The notes beneath the pieces were generated by a model. That model did not search any database. It worked only from the letters and a program-made list of their open reading frames with translations, and was not told where the DNA came from. This document shows, one piece after another, positions 14,435 to 28,065 of a DNA stretch of 64,000 nt (position 1 is the stretch's first letter; every line of letters begins with the position of its first letter). The position numbers were made by a program, and so were the translations under genes. This DNA is from Somniosus microcephalus (lineage: Eukaryota). The DNA is taken from NCBI GenBank assembly GCA_052327205.1, contig CM126210.1:207762001-207826000 (forward strand), in the 5' to 3' direction.

Positions 14435-14644
14435 CTTTAGCAGCTGAGCCTGTTTCCATTCCCACTCTCTAATCTCCTGATGAAGGATCACAGCGACTTG
14501 CTGAGGGTTGCTTCGGCACTTGCTGCAGATGCCCAGCTGTGTCAGCTCGTCACAGACTGGGCAGTGCAGGGTGGTGAAATACTGGGAGATGGTTCCTTTA
14601 CGACTGTCCTGTTCATTGCGAGTTGTCGAAAACGCCTTTTGGAC
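14435..14644 (-). CDS. REV3L: REV3L penultimate exon with CysA motif (CPVC...CSKC)
   Basis: Translated by eye: VQKAF...KGTISQYFTTLHCPVCDELTQLGICSKC...LLK; ttag/gtac boundaries. Confidence 0.96.
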
Positions 14645-15169
14645 CTAAAAATGTTAAAAACCAAGTTTAAGAACACTTGAATCGCTACTTTTCACTTTGA
14701 GCTTCAGCTTCCAATGCAGAGATGGTTTCTTTTAAAGCATTCAGGTAAAGCCAAGTAAGATGAAAGGCAGACAACTCCAGGTGGCAAAGAGCGAGTTTAC
14801 AATCTGTATAGCTGGTGATGGCGCGGGCAGTGGTACGATCAAAAAAACCTGCAGTGTGGGATGCACAGCTGACTCTCTGCTGTATATTGCAATGCTGCTG
14901 CCAAGTCACTAACTATACCCTGCTCTGGAAGTACACAGCATTCACACCCACAATGGATTAAGACTGTCATTTCAACAAGGACAGACTATTGGCACAGTGC
15001 TCAGTTATGCCGAGTCGCAGGGCTGCAATCCAGGCTCAGTACATGCAAGGCACGAACAGATTCAACTGTCCTAATAAAGGCATCCAGCATAATGTGGGCA
15101 CCGTTCCATGAATCTGCTCTCATGAACTCAATCACAGAATGATATATTTAGTGTATATATCTCTAAAAA

Positions 15170-15960
15170 GGTACATGAGTAATGCCGTGAAGCAATAGCT
15201 AGAGCCAATAGGGTTTTGGGGTGCATTCATAGGACAATTGATAAGACGTGGCAAACTACTTTCTTCTTGTAAAAGACCTTGGTCAGGCCTCACTTAGAAG
15301 ACGGTGTCCATTTTTGGTTTCCTCACATGGTGGGTGAGGGGGGCTTTGGAACGGGTGTAGAGGAGGGCCACTAGACTAATTCCCAGTTTAAAGCATCTTA
15401 GTTATCAACATATAGGCTACAAGAGTTGGGACTCTACATTTTAGAGAAGTGTAGATTATGGGGTGATCTGACTGTGAGTTATAAGATGAAGGGAATAGAT
15501 TGTTAGTTGACAGTTTGTTCCCATTAAATAGATTAAGGAGAACCAGGGGTCACAAATTTAAGTTGTGCAAGGCTAGATCCAGGTTAGATGTTAGGAGGCG
15601 GTTGTTTTCCCGGAGAATAGTGGAGCTCTGGAACAGGCTGCTGTCTCGTGCGGTAGACACAGATTCGCTGCATTCCTCCTAGAGAGCTGGGGAATTAAGG
15701 GCCAGAGCGATCTCCTGGATCAGTTTTGATCGCCAAGATGGGTCAGAGAGGAATTTCCCAGATTTTTCCTCCCAAACTGGCCTGGTTTTTAAATCTGTTT
15801 ATTTGCTTCTCCCAGGAGATCACATGGTTTTGGGCAGGGTGGGGGGGGGGGGGGGGGGTGTGTGAAGTGTTTATATATTGTGATACACAGGGTATCACAA
15901 TTGTGGGGGACAGGACAGGCTGGATGGGCTAGAGGGTCTTTACCTGTCTGTCATTGTTCG
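15170..15960 (+). mobile_element. CR1 LINE 3' fragment
   Basis: LVRPHLE..V.FW and RTRGHKFKL...WN.L remnants. Confidence 0.8.
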
Positions 15961-17299
15961 TACAGCACAGAAGGCCATTCAGCCCATCATGCCTGTGCCA
16001 GTTCTTTGAAAGAACTACGCAATTAGTCCTACTCCCCCCGCTCTTTCCCCAGAGCCCTGCAAATTTTTCCCCTTCAAGTATTTATCCAGTTCCCTTTTGA
16101 TAGTTGATGGTTTTCATAGTCCCTGGCAGTCCTCTAGCAGCTAGCCCAAGCACCCATTCCTCACAAGTGAGCCTGGAGTGTTGGGGAGCTATTTGATAGT
16201 GGGTGACTATCACAAGGTGTACACTTTATAGCAGGGCTCACTGGATAACAATCAGGAACATAAGAACATAAGAAATAGGAGCAGGAGTAGGCCAATCGGC
16301 CCCTCGAGCCTGCTCCACCATTCAATAAGATCATGGCTGATCTGATCCTAACCGCCAATCCACTATCACAGAACCGTCTCCTGAATCTAACAGAATTAGA
16401 CACACGAAATAGGAGCAGGATCAGGCTACACGGCCCCTGGGCCCGCTCCGCTACCCACAGGGCCATGACCGATCTGAACCTAGACTCATGTCCAAATTCC
16501 TGCCCGCTCCCCGTAACCCTTAATTCCCTTTACTTCTAGAGCTTGCATACTGACCAATTCCCTCAACTCCCTAGCCCAGGGATGCAGAGGCCAATTCAAC
16601 ACCAAACTGCTTGCTCCCATAGCTGAAATCAGGCAGTGCAGGGACTGAAAACGTGAAGCCTTTCTATTGGCATGTCTCAGTACCATATTAAGTGGTGTAC
16701 CTACTGGACCATTGAGGGCGCACTGACCTTCATTCTTTTAACAGAGGAAGTAGCAGTGAGATTATGCAATAGGTCAGTTCTTTAAAAATAAAACTTGTTT
16801 TAAGAATAGTAGGGAGTTCTCCCAAGTCCTAGCCAACATTCCATCCTCGATCACTAACAGAAATAGATTAACCAATTATTTATCTCATTGTCACGTGTCG
16901 GACTTTGCTGTGCTCAAATTGGCTACTGTGTTTGATTACATAACCAAGGGTCTCTGACCAAGAGGGGGCAATGGCCATCGAGGAGAACCAAAAGCTGGTG
17001 TAAGTGGGTGCTGAAGGAGAAGGTGAAGAGGCAGACACTGCCATTACAGCAGTAGGGGAAGAGAGAGAATGGGGCTAACTAGCTCCCAATGTGCAGAACA
17101 GCTCCAACAATGCAAAGTGGCACACTTCAAAACGACAGCCTTTTCTGAGCTGCTTTGCATTATTGTCCTGAGCTTCATTTCTGTCGATCTTCCTGATAGT
17201 TAAGAACTGAAGTGCATGTTAGTGGCCAGATCAATAAAAACTAAACAAGACAGCGTTACAAATCTAATGCGTATATAGGGAAATCTTATTGCTTCTTAC

Positions 17300-17546
17300 C
17301 CTGGGTAGCTCATGGTACCAGCTGAAAACATCCACACCAATCAGAGAGAAGACCCTGTTGAGGGGTGGCAGGATCTGTTTGCTGATGTAGTAGGTAGCAT
17401 TCAGTCTCAAGCTGGGATCCTGCAGCACCTCAATCGGTCGTCTGACAAGCTGAATGAGAGGCACCCCTGGCACTCCATACACAATGACATAAGGGACCCT
17501 CTCGCCTACCCTAGGCTCAGATCGCCGATCGTACGACAGCATCCTC
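17300..17546 (-). CDS. REV3L: REV3L coding exon (RMLSYDRRSEPRVGERVPYVIV...WYHELPR)
   Basis: aacag/gtaaga boundaries; GERVPYVI thumb motif. Confidence 0.96.
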
Positions 17547-19849
17547 CTGTTAGGAACAAGGTATCCATTAGCAAACTTGCAGCAACATGAGCATCTGGTA
17601 AAACTATTATTTCAATAGCTCACTCATATTTCCTCGACTTAAAGACACTTATCGGAATTTACTTGAGACTACATTGTTGGGATCTAAAGGCTCTTTTATA
17701 TTAATGCACAAAAGTTAAGTGGCGTCAATAGAGATCGAATTTAAAATGTTCCAGTTCAAATGGCTTCAATGCTGCTTCACTGGACACTGCAGATTCTGCA
17801 TCAACCAGCAGATGGCTTCATGCGAAAGCATCGTTCAGCCATAAGCTTAAAAAAAAAGTTCATAGGCGCATACCTTACTGGAGTGTTACTAAGCAAAACT
17901 AACATTTCTGTAGCATTCACAACATATAAAGACATCTCTGAACTTTACAGGCAGTGGACCTGAAGCTTGACAGTTTTTGAAAGCAGGACGGGAGGGGGCA
18001 AGGTACAGATGTTGAGGGGAGTTGCAGAGGTGGGAAGAAAGGTCAAAAGGAGCAGTCGCTGGGGCCTGAGAAATAGGATAGGCCCTGAGGTTGCATGCAG
18101 GGATATAGAAACATACATAGAAGATAGGAGCAGGAGTAGGCCATTCGGCCCCTCGAGCCTGCTCCACCATTCAATGCGATCATGGCTGATCATAGGGTGG
18201 CAATGATCATTCAGATCAGGAGCGGTGAAACCTCGATTTTTGTGGATCTTGCTAGTCTGCTGTGAGTTGAACTGCCTCCTTTTCTGGCACACTAAATACG
18301 TTGAGCCATTTTACAGTCAGTCTACTTAGGTTGTAACACAAAATAGCTTAATGATACAATCACATTAACTCATGCGAATGGCCAGAGTCAATTGCCAGGC
18401 CCACCAAATCAGATTGAAAACATGGCGTGAGCCATTAAGACCAATCATTTATATTGCCCACTCTCTTGAAGGCTCAGTGGAATAGTGACCTAGGTCTCCA
18501 TTTTCCAAATGGAAAAAACAGGAGAGTGATACAAATGACAACCTAAACACGGTATCTGGTAGTCATTTTGGGATCGCTCTTCTGTAACTTAAAAGGTAAA
18601 AGGGATGCAAGCTAGAGAGCGCGATTTGAAACACGCAGAAACAGTACAGTTGTGTAGAATATAAAAGGATCAAATTCCCCCCCACCCCCCCCCCCCCCAT
18701 GACTTCCTACCCCTTCAAAGTTTCAGTATTGTTTCTATAAAGGCACAATGCATAGTTGCACATTAGAATGAGGCTTCGCATCACAGGTAGAGCTACAGCC
18801 TGGATTTACAACAGCCTTGGAGTTGGTCTTATCAATTTTGTATTTAATGTTTATGACTTGAGTTGATATCTGGTGATGTTCAAACACCTACACCATTTTA
18901 TGACATGTAAGCCAAGATATTACAGCAGTTATTCTTCAAGAGCAGAGTCAAAAAGGGACATTTTACAGCTCATTGCTATGGAACCTGACTCATTTATACT
19001 ATCAAGACTGTGCTGAAGTTACAGTTACTGATTTTCTTTCTGGCTACTGCACACTTCGAGGCCAAAGGGAGCATGTGCAGAACTGCAGGTGGAACAGCAT
19101 CAACCTCAGGTGCCAGTAAATGCTGCTGCCTCTGTGTCACTGTTGATACCATCATTGGAGCACAGTCTCTGGAAGCCTGTCTTGTGTCTCAGCTCTCCCG
19201 GAAGCAGCAGCACCACCTTTAATTTGGGATGCTGCTGACAAATGTAGGGCTACTGTCAGGGTAATGTGATTCCCCACAAGCCTCATTAAGCATGCTGCCT
19301 ATTCTTCAGTAAATGTGCTAAGACAGATCCATTGCACATGTTTTATCAGCAACTGTCTTCTATGAACTAGACTCTCAAAATATAAAACAAGAGTCAGGGG
19401 ATGATAAAAGCCCAAAACTCATCCCTGTGGTACATTAACTTCCCCATCATGGTATCCACTGTAATTGTATTTGACAAATCCCAATATTTTTGCCTTCATT
19501 ACCTTACCTGGTAAAGTGTTTCAAATTCGTAGCACTATGAGCAAACAATTTTATTCTGGTAGCTGTACTAAATGTACATTCACGTTCTCTGGTCCCAATT
19601 GCTGGGTGTATTTTGCAGTAATATTCTAGGTTTACCACATCTATACCATTTAATATTTTCTATACTTTGCAGTCTTCCCTTAGCCACCTTCTCTATAGAC
19701 AGTAGACCTCAAGCTTCGAATCTTTCCTCGCAGCTAATCACCCTCACATTTGGGGTTAGTCTTATTGGTTTTTTTCCTGTAACAAACTGCTAATTGATGA
19801 TCAAAACTAAACACAGATAGTCAGCACTGATGGTCATTTAGAGGGGGTC

Positions 19850-20750
19850 AAAGGTTGACAGACTAGAAATAGACAATTGTTCCCGTGTTCAAAAAAGGTG
19901 GCAGAGGCAAGCCCAACAACTGCAAACCCATTAGACTGACCTACGTAATTGGAAAACTAATACATACAATCAACTGTCAGAAGCAAAATGGAAAGGTACA
20001 TGTATGAAAATAACCCAATAAACATCAGGCAACAATGTTAGAAGGGCTAAGTTTTGCCACATCAATCTCAGCCTTTTTTTGCTAGATCTAGTTGTGTTTA
20101 TCACTCATTACTAGTGGCAGGTACTTTTGTTTTAAAAAGAGCCAATTTAGAACCTGCATTTACATTGTCGCTTATTTGAGAGGCATTAAATTGAATAAGA
20201 GGTAATGTTCCAAGTTGATGGGTGGGGCAAGCCACACAACATAGTGCACCTCAACTTTCAAAAGTCATTTACTGAAGTCCTGCATAAGCAACCAAGGTCA
20301 GTAGGTATCAAGGGCAAGACATGGATGTTGGATCAGTAACTGGCTAAAAGGAAGTAGAGGATAATCGTACGATAATCGAGGTCACAGCGGGGCAGGCCTT
20401 GCTGAATAAGGTGTTGCATATAGTTGTGGTTGGCACAATATAAAGGGACCATCCATAGAGGCACTGCAGGGAAAAGCAACAAGGCAAATCCCTGGTGTCA
20501 GAGGGATAGGTTATGAGGAACAACTTTCATATGGCAGGGCTCTTCAGGCTCAAAATCTGGCTCAGGGGACCTCAGATATACAAGATACAGGACGGGAAGG
20601 TAAACCCGAGGAAATACTTTTAGATACGAGCTGGACAAGAGGACACAAGTTCCGCATCGTGAGGGGCATATTTAGGACAGGTGCCAGTCAGATCGTTTTA
20701 AGGTTGAGGGTGATCAATTAAAAGGTTGTCAGTGGGTGAGGCTATGAACC
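19850..20750 (+). mobile_element. Highly degenerate CR1 LINE fragment
   Basis: Residual similarity to the CR1 RT at 8200-9400; boundaries approximate. Confidence 0.55.
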
Positions 20751-21209
20751 TGGTCTCAGAAACTCGATTGTTAAGTTAGCATTATCCTCTTGTGAATACC
20801 TCTAGAAATGTTAATTTAACATTTAAATTATTCTAATCTGCATTCAATGGTGTCATAATTGTGCTGATAAAGTTTTCATTTGCTCCTGTGCTTGTACTTA
20901 AATATCCTTCTGATTTTATTACTGGTCTAATCAAACTTTTAATTAAAATTTTTATTCAAATAAGATTTAGTAATCCTCTAGAGAATGAGACACAGCTGTG
21001 AAATGTAATTTACCACAGTACATCGGTTCACACTGTAGTAGCTTTGTACTAACTGGAAGGCAGTTTCTTCAGACTTCCATAGGCTTACGTTGGCCAAAAT
21101 GCCGCATTCACACAGTTGTGATTCAAACCACTCAACTGAACCAACAGCAATCGGTCCCTTCTAAAAATCAATGGCCATTCTAGGATTTGGCTCCATCAGC
21201 ACGACCCAC

Positions 21210-21400
21210 CTGGTCAGTTCTAGAGAAGGGACACATGCCCCTGGGCGGTATGAATCACTCCCCCGGTACTCTTTGGCGAAAGTCAGATCCTGCATGCTGG
21301 CCTTCCCTTCCAGTACTTTTGTGCACTGCCTCTGAACGTACTGCTTGATCTGGCTGATATCTCTTGTTTCAAACAACAGTTTTATTGAGCGCTCTAGAAT
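21210..21400 (-). CDS. REV3L: REV3L coding exon (ILERSIKLLFETRD...VPSLELT)
   Basis: ctcag/gtgggt boundaries. Confidence 0.95.
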
Positions 21401-22569
21401 CTGAGGAAAGGTTCAAAAGTGAAACAGCAGCAGACACTACTGTGATACACAAAGCTGGTGAAGTACTGCATTTAGTTTAAAACTAACTGCACAAACATAT
21501 TTTTAATGAGGCTAGGGAAACACAAATAATACCTAAGCCAACTGATGGATGAGAACTTTGGATCAATTTACAACTTACTACCCTTCAAAAAGCAAATGAA
21601 CATCCTTCATGTACAGAGTTCTCATTTCTCTGAATCCAAGTCTTGCTAGAGACTTCAGACAAAGAATAGAAGATGCTTCGTTCAGCCATAGCTATTACAA
21701 CTGCAGAGATCCAGGTCAGCTGAGAACTACACATCGGTGCACCTTCACCATTAAAATCCATTGATATCTGTTGCATGTTTAAGAGGTTGTGTGGCAGTAG
21801 GCATTTTGGACTTGCCCATACGTCAAGTAGTATTAACCCTACGTGTCAATACAGCCAAGCTGAGCGGGGTAGAACTCCCACCTCAGTCAAAAGCTTGCAG
21901 GTTCAAGCCCCATTCCAAGACTTAAGTACATAATCTAGGTTGACACTGGAGTGTCAGTCCTGCAATGTCGGAGGTGCTGCTTTCAGATAAGACATTAAAC
22001 TGAGGCCCCATTTGACCGGTCAGGTGGTCATAAAAGATGCCAAAGGACCATTCAAACAGTCATCCCTCAACGAACACCAGAAACAGAGTAACTGGTCATT
22101 TATCTTTTGCTGTTTGTGGGAACTGGCTGTTTGCGGGAACTGGCTGTTTGCAAATTGGCCGACATGCTTGACTATAAAACACTCCCGTTACATGCAGGGA
22201 GTGCCCTTGCTCTGATCTGCCTGGGTTCAGATGCTCGGGACAATAACCCAATCTGAAAAATATGCACTACATGAAAGTTTCATTCCTGCTATGATGTGTG
22301 GGAGTCATCCAATCAGATTCGCAAGTTATGCTTCCACTTTAGTGTTGATGCGAAGCAGAAACCATAGCATCATACTCAAGTTAAACCAGTTGAAGAAAGA
22401 TCCAAAATCATTATTTTAGTCTTAAAAACACATAGCTTTAGCATTTGAGACCAAAATAAAGTGCTTGAACTTTGAAATTATTTTCTTTCATTGGTGCAAT
22501 CAATGGGGGGGAACCGTATGGTGACTGAAGGGAGCAATATAATAAAAAGATAAATAAAATACTTCATAC

Positions 22570-22707
22570 CTTGGAGACAGCAGGACAGGAGTCTCGCCGC
22601 ACAGTTTCAATTCCCTTGGCATCAAAAACAGGATCCTTCTGGTCTAAACTCTCATACATGTAACCAACGTACCTCTTCTTTGATTGCAAGACACATGGCA
22701 AATAAAC
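22570..22707 (-). CDS. REV3L: REV3L coding exon (VYLPCVLQSKKRYVG...AKGIETVRRDSCPAVSK)
   Basis: Translated by eye; B-family KKRY and KGIETVRRD motifs; ctag/gtatg boundaries. Confidence 0.97.
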
Positions 22708-23389
22708 CTAGTAGAGCAAAAGAAAAAAAAATTTGCACAACGTTTAGAGTTTGAGTCTTCTGGTCCTGCAAAAACATATCACAAACAAATTGAAATGTGA
22801 CTTCAAAATGCATATCTACATTTTCTCTAATCTTCTTAAGCATTGTTTTCATGAAAAATGTTGAGGATGTGAAGAACCCTGCATCATTGGGATCACGTGC
22901 AAATAATATATGAGCTACACCATTATGTTGTACATTAAACAAAATAATGCTTTGCCAAACATCTTTGCAAGAATAGCGCATCCCTTTTAATCCAGGATAA
23001 ATGGCTAAATTATTAACAGTCATAAAAAAGCAGTTTGTTGTGATACATGGTTTGAGAACTTTGAAAGTATAATCTTAATACAAAATCTTAGAACCTTTCA
23101 CCATTTCTAATTTTAGTTCTGCTTCCCAGGCAGCCTCTCTAAACAACCATAATAGACCCTACAGAACAAGAATTAGGAGCTTGAAAAGTGCAACAGTGAC
23201 TTGAAATTTATTGGTATTACCTAGACTGCAATATTTTAGTGTGCTTTTTTTAAATGATCAATCAACACAGCAATCAGGCAACTTGCTCAGCAAGATCTTT
23301 GCAGAACGACTTGCCCAGTAGGAAACGCGGAGTAATGCAGCTACATTTATACTTGACTTTCCCTCCAGTATTGAAAGGAGGCACCTTAC

Positions 23390-23504
23390 CTTCTCAAATT
23401 TCAGTTTCACAGGCTTTGGATTTGTTGCAGTCACAGCATCAGCAATCTCTTGTCCAATCTTAAAGGCCTGTTCCTTGGTAGCTCCTTTCAAGAGCACAAA
23501 CATG
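23390..23504 (-). CDS. REV3L: REV3L coding exon (MFVLLKGATKEQAF...PVKLKFEK)
   Basis: tacag/gtaagg boundaries. Confidence 0.96.
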
Positions 23505-24176
23505 CTGTAAAAGAACAAAATCAACTCAGAAAATCACAACAAACAGTAACTGTGTTTTTTGTTTTAATTTCAATCTGCCGCATTTGCCGCTTTTGTTTTG
23601 TTCCCTTCCTGGGATGTGGGCGTCGCTGGCAAGGCCAGCATTTATTGCCCGTCCCTAATTGCCCTCGAGAAGGTGGTGGTGAGCTGCTTTCTTGAACTGC
23701 TGCAGCCCGTGTGGTGAAGATACTCCCACAGTGTTGTTAGGGAGGGAGTTCCAGAATTTTGACCCAGCGACGATGAAGGAACGGTGGGTGATATATTTCC
23801 ATGCCAAGATGGTCCAGGATCAACATTTTCGTAGCTATGACACTGATTATGCTTTCCAGTTTTCTTTTCTTTCCAAATATTCCTTCTAAGCTTATGGGAA
23901 GCTCAAATCTGAATGAGGCCTGTCAAAACCCAGGTTCCCTATTGCAAGCTAGTACTCAGACTCCCAAGTGCAAATCAGTTCTGATGAAAGGTTAACATTT
24001 TAGGTATAACCTTTCTTTCAGATGCTGATCAGCAATCATTTCCAATATTTCCAGGTCAGATTGCCAGCATTTGTGGTTTGCTTTTGACCTTTGCCAACTA
24101 GAGAAATCTTGTATTTGTTACATTAGCTGTTAAATTTAACATTGTAGTCAATTATAGTTTGATCAACAGTTGATAC

Positions 24177-24286
24177 CTATCAGTGTCTCCATACACAACA
24201 CGCGCTCCCCACTTCTTTGTCTCATTGACCAACTTTATTGCACGCTCAAGTGTCTCTCTGGCTTTGAGAACAATGCTGTCACCAAT
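24177..24286 (-). CDS. REV3L: REV3L coding exon with catalytic motif C (YGDTD/S)
   Basis: Translated by eye: IGDSIVLKARETLERAIKLVNETKKWGARVVYGDTD; ttag/gtatca boundaries. Confidence 0.97.
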
Positions 24287-24559
24287 CTAAAAAAAAAAAT
24301 TCCAAAATTACTTTCTGTACAAACGATACAATTTCTCATTCCAATTTGACACACTATGAACCTTTACAAGATGTAGAGAGAGATTCTTCATGACATCATT
24401 CTTTCATGTATATTACAATAAAAGGTGGAAACCATTAGATTTGTTCAGAGGTGACTTAAACGTTTCATACTACAGTACATAGGAAATTAAGTTTAGACTA
24501 TTCTACATATATGGATTAATATATTTATCTGAAAGTGAATGGAGATTCCTATCCTTGAC

Positions 24560-25270
24560 CTTTTGAAAGTGGTGGGAGAAAGGAGGCACCAATTTTAAAT
24601 TGATGGCATTTGTCACTGATGTCCCAATCAGAGGAAACAGTCTTTTCTGATTCAACTCATGAAAATTTAAAAAAACCTCATTATTCTCCTGCTATTCCCA
24701 TTAAATTTCCTCTTGGCCTTCTCTGCTCCAGTAGAAATAGTTCCTACATCTCAAGATTCCCATCCCTGGCATTAGCCTAGAGAATCTACACTACACTCAC
24801 TATGGTTTTACTGTCCTTTCTATAATGGGATGCTGAAAATTGCACAGTACTCGAACATGGCCTAACTATTCCACAGTACAGATTCATCATTACCTCTTTG
24901 CTCTAGTACAGTACTGTGTTCTGGTTTATAAAACCCAAAAGGTTGTCTGATCTTTTTATGGCTAACTACTTGTACGTTCCTGGAATTAAGTAATTGCAAC
25001 GCTAGGCCTCTGTTCAGCCACACCCTTCAGCATCTTTTCATGCAGTGTATACACCCATTCCTGGTTTTCCTCCCAAAATTTATTACCTCACACTTCTACA
25101 CATTAAATTGCCACCTATCTGCCCACTCCACCAATGTCTGTTCTCTTACTGTGTCTGTAATCTTAGTTATTGCTGCATTATTTCAGCAATAATTATATAC
25201 AATAAACAATTATATATTATTTCTATATAATGGCAATGTTACAGCACAGAAACAGGTCATTCAGCCCAAA
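24560..25270 (-). mobile_element. Degenerate CR1 fragment
   Basis: Reverse-strand similarity to the CR1 ORF2 C-terminal region. Confidence 0.55.
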
Positions 25271-25456
25271 TAAAGCTCGTAACGACAGTCTGCATGCACA
25301 TGCAATTATACATGTACATGCAATTATACATGTGAAATGGATTTGATTTTTAAAAGGCAGCCCTTAACACTTGGCTAAGTTGGAGGCTTTTTCTTTATTT
25401 GTAACTGAAAAAGCATCATCTTCTGAAAATTTGTATTTTATGCATCATTAATGTAC

Positions 25457-25663
25457 CTCAACACATGGCATTCTTCCAGAAAAGTTAGCAGCAGTGTAAC
25501 CATAAGTGAAGTTGGCAATGAGCTTTAGACCCATCTGTCGAGCATGAAGCAGTTTTGTGAGGGCTTTGTCCTTCTTGTGGGCTTTCATGGTCTGTTTCAC
25601 CATTATCCTGGTCTTCAGTATCTCCTCTAGCATGCTTGGTAACGTACCTTTTCGTACAGATGG
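25457..25663 (-). CDS. REV3L: REV3L coding exon with fingers motif B (KLIANFTYGY)
   Basis: tgtag/gtacat boundaries; PSVRKG...RQMGLKLIANFTYGYTAANFSGRMPCVE. Confidence 0.97.
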
Positions 25664-25844
25664 CTACAACAGCAATAACACCACCACATATTAGAACAAG
25701 TTGCTAAAAAAAAAAGGTTGAATCCAAACATATGGATCCAGAAAATAATTTAAACTGCTTGCTTCACACCACTGTACCAGGTGTATAGGTCAGCCTATTT
25801 TGCAATTTACTGTCATTTGAATTAGCCCCGAGACAAGCGAACGT

Positions 25845-26230
25845 TACATAGAACACACAGCACAGAAACAGGCCAGTCGGCCAGTGTTTATCCTCCACAC
25901 GAGCCTCCTCCCACCCCTCTTCATCTCACCCCATCAGTATATCCTTCTATTCCTTTCTCTCTCATGTACTATCTAGCTTCCCCTTAAATACATCTATGCT
26001 ATTTGCCTCAACTACTCATGTGGTAGCGAGTTCCACATTCTAACCACTCTAAATAAGTTTCTCCTGAATTCCTTATTGGATTTATTAATGACCCCTAGCT
26101 TTAGTCACCCCCACAAGCGGAAACATCTGTTCTAAATCTACCTCATCAAACCCTTTCATAATTTTAAAGACCTCGATCAGGTCACCCCTCAGCCTACTCA
26201 GGGAAAAGAGCCCAGCCTATTCAGTCTTTA
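25845..26230 (-). mobile_element. CR1 3'-end fragment
   Basis: acagcacagaaacaggcc tail and ttccacattctaaccactct segment typical of the reversed CR1 3' end. Confidence 0.7.
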
Positions 26231-26805
26231 TCAGGCTAATGAAAGCAATTCCCATTGGCCACAGACAGCCCATCCCTGATATATTGTTCAAGTGGTACAA
26301 TGCAGGCTCATGCCCGAGGTGCCTCACACCGTTATTTATGCCAGTGATCCTTGGGAAAATATGCAATAAAGGTCAACCTATTTTTTCATAGCTATTTGGG
26401 GAAGAGGAAAAATATACTCTTCATGTGCACCTCCTGATGTTCAGCCTCGGACAGCACTGCAGAGGTTCAGGAGCAGAAAAATCATCAAATTAAGTTGCTC
26501 TTTTTAAAATGAAATTTAGGATTAGCAATATCTGAGCATGTGAGATTTGCATTTTTGCTCAAGTTGGGCAGCAAGTGAGCTTTTCTGCTCAAAGCTGGTC
26601 CTCCTGCTTAATGTGAACCAGGCAGGCAATTTGGGTTCAGTTCACTGCAAGCATCAACTACACTACATCATCAATAGCACCTTGTTTTCCAATCACTGTT
26701 CTTCAATAATAGAGAAGCATTCAAATATTCTTTGAATAATTTTAAAATACCCCTCTACTAATTTTACCTTCAATACCATACATAATAGAGTTGACTAATT
26801 CATAC

Positions 26806-26914
26806 CTTAACAAAGGCCACCCCATTTGGTGATATAGTGATATCATTCCAGAGCCGGTGAAGTAATTCTGGAGGCACTCTCTGGGAAGTACAGCCAAACT
26901 TAAACTCTTCTTCT
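26806..26914 (-). CDS. REV3L: REV3L coding exon (EEEFKFGCTS...ISPNGVAFVK)
   Basis: Translated by eye; atcag/gtatg boundaries; phase fits. Confidence 0.94.
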
Positions 26915-27370
26915 CTGATAAAAGATAAAAAGGACAAGGTTTTGTTTTTTATCCTGGTAAATTTCACATTAGAACTTCTCCCTCAATTCCTTCATGTTGC
27001 CAGTATACTGCGACACTTACTCCAACAGACGGGTCTGGTGGTCGGGGGCAATGAAGGGAAGAGCAAGGTGAAGGGGACGAGGTAATCGAATCCTCACAAC
27101 AGTCTTTCTCCCGCTTCCTCAATCGGAGACAAGAAAGTCAAATCTGACTTGTGCGCTCAAGCAGAGATCAGCATCGAAACGCCGCAGGATGCCCGTGAAT
27201 GGCACCAGGCTGGACTTCACCCAAGTTGTTTTCCTTCTGGGTGTGAGCACTGGCATTGGGTGGGGTGGGCAGAGGCCACTTAAGACTACTTCCAGATTCA
27301 CAAAGTGTAAACATATTTCAGGTAGGAAACTCGACCCTCCCTCGCCAAAAGAAAACTGTTTAAAGACAAT

Positions 27371-28065
27371 GGCCCGGATTTTGCGGTAGGTATGATGGCG
27401 TACTCGGAGTACGCTGTCATACTGCCTTTGAAATCCACCACAAGTTCGGATCGACAGGCCATCCGAACTGCCACCTCAAACCTAATCACTGGCGCAGAGT
27501 TGGGCTATTTGCCCACCAGCTGCCCAGCAATTACGTACGGAAATGTAACGGCTGGTGGAAGCAGGTGCAGGGCCTGTTTCCACAGCGTAAGGGGACACCA
27601 GATATGAAAAAAATGCTTTAAAAAATTAAATGACATCCAGGAACTTTAAAAGCTTTAATGAGAAGCAATCCTAGTGTACGTTAAAGCTGCAGTTTTTAAA
27701 AAAACATTCACATTTCGTAACTTAGTGCACAGTATTTGTTTAGAAGTGGGAATTATGAGTAATGCATTGGATTACTTCGATAAAAGCTAAATCTATCTGT
27801 ATTTTAAAGGCTGCAGTAATGAAGTAATATAGTAATTTCAATGAATAAAAGACAATCTGTTTTCTGATTGGAGGACCAGGCCCACACGATTCCAGGTACG
27901 CTTCCGGACAGGCTGCGTCCCTGGGATCCATGGGCCATTACGTTGCCTTCCTACTCGCAGGGTCAGAGCGCAAGTTTACGCAGGAGGTCATCAGGTAGGT
28001 GCGTATTCTTTTCGCAGGTCAGCGGCGTATGCCGGAGGTACGCTGCCGACCGCAAATTTTGACCC
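27371..28065. mobile_element. Probable Harbinger-like MITE
   Basis: Imperfect 20-bp TIR (14/20, core TTTGCGGT); GC-rich ends and AT-rich centre; TSD imperfect. Confidence 0.55.
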
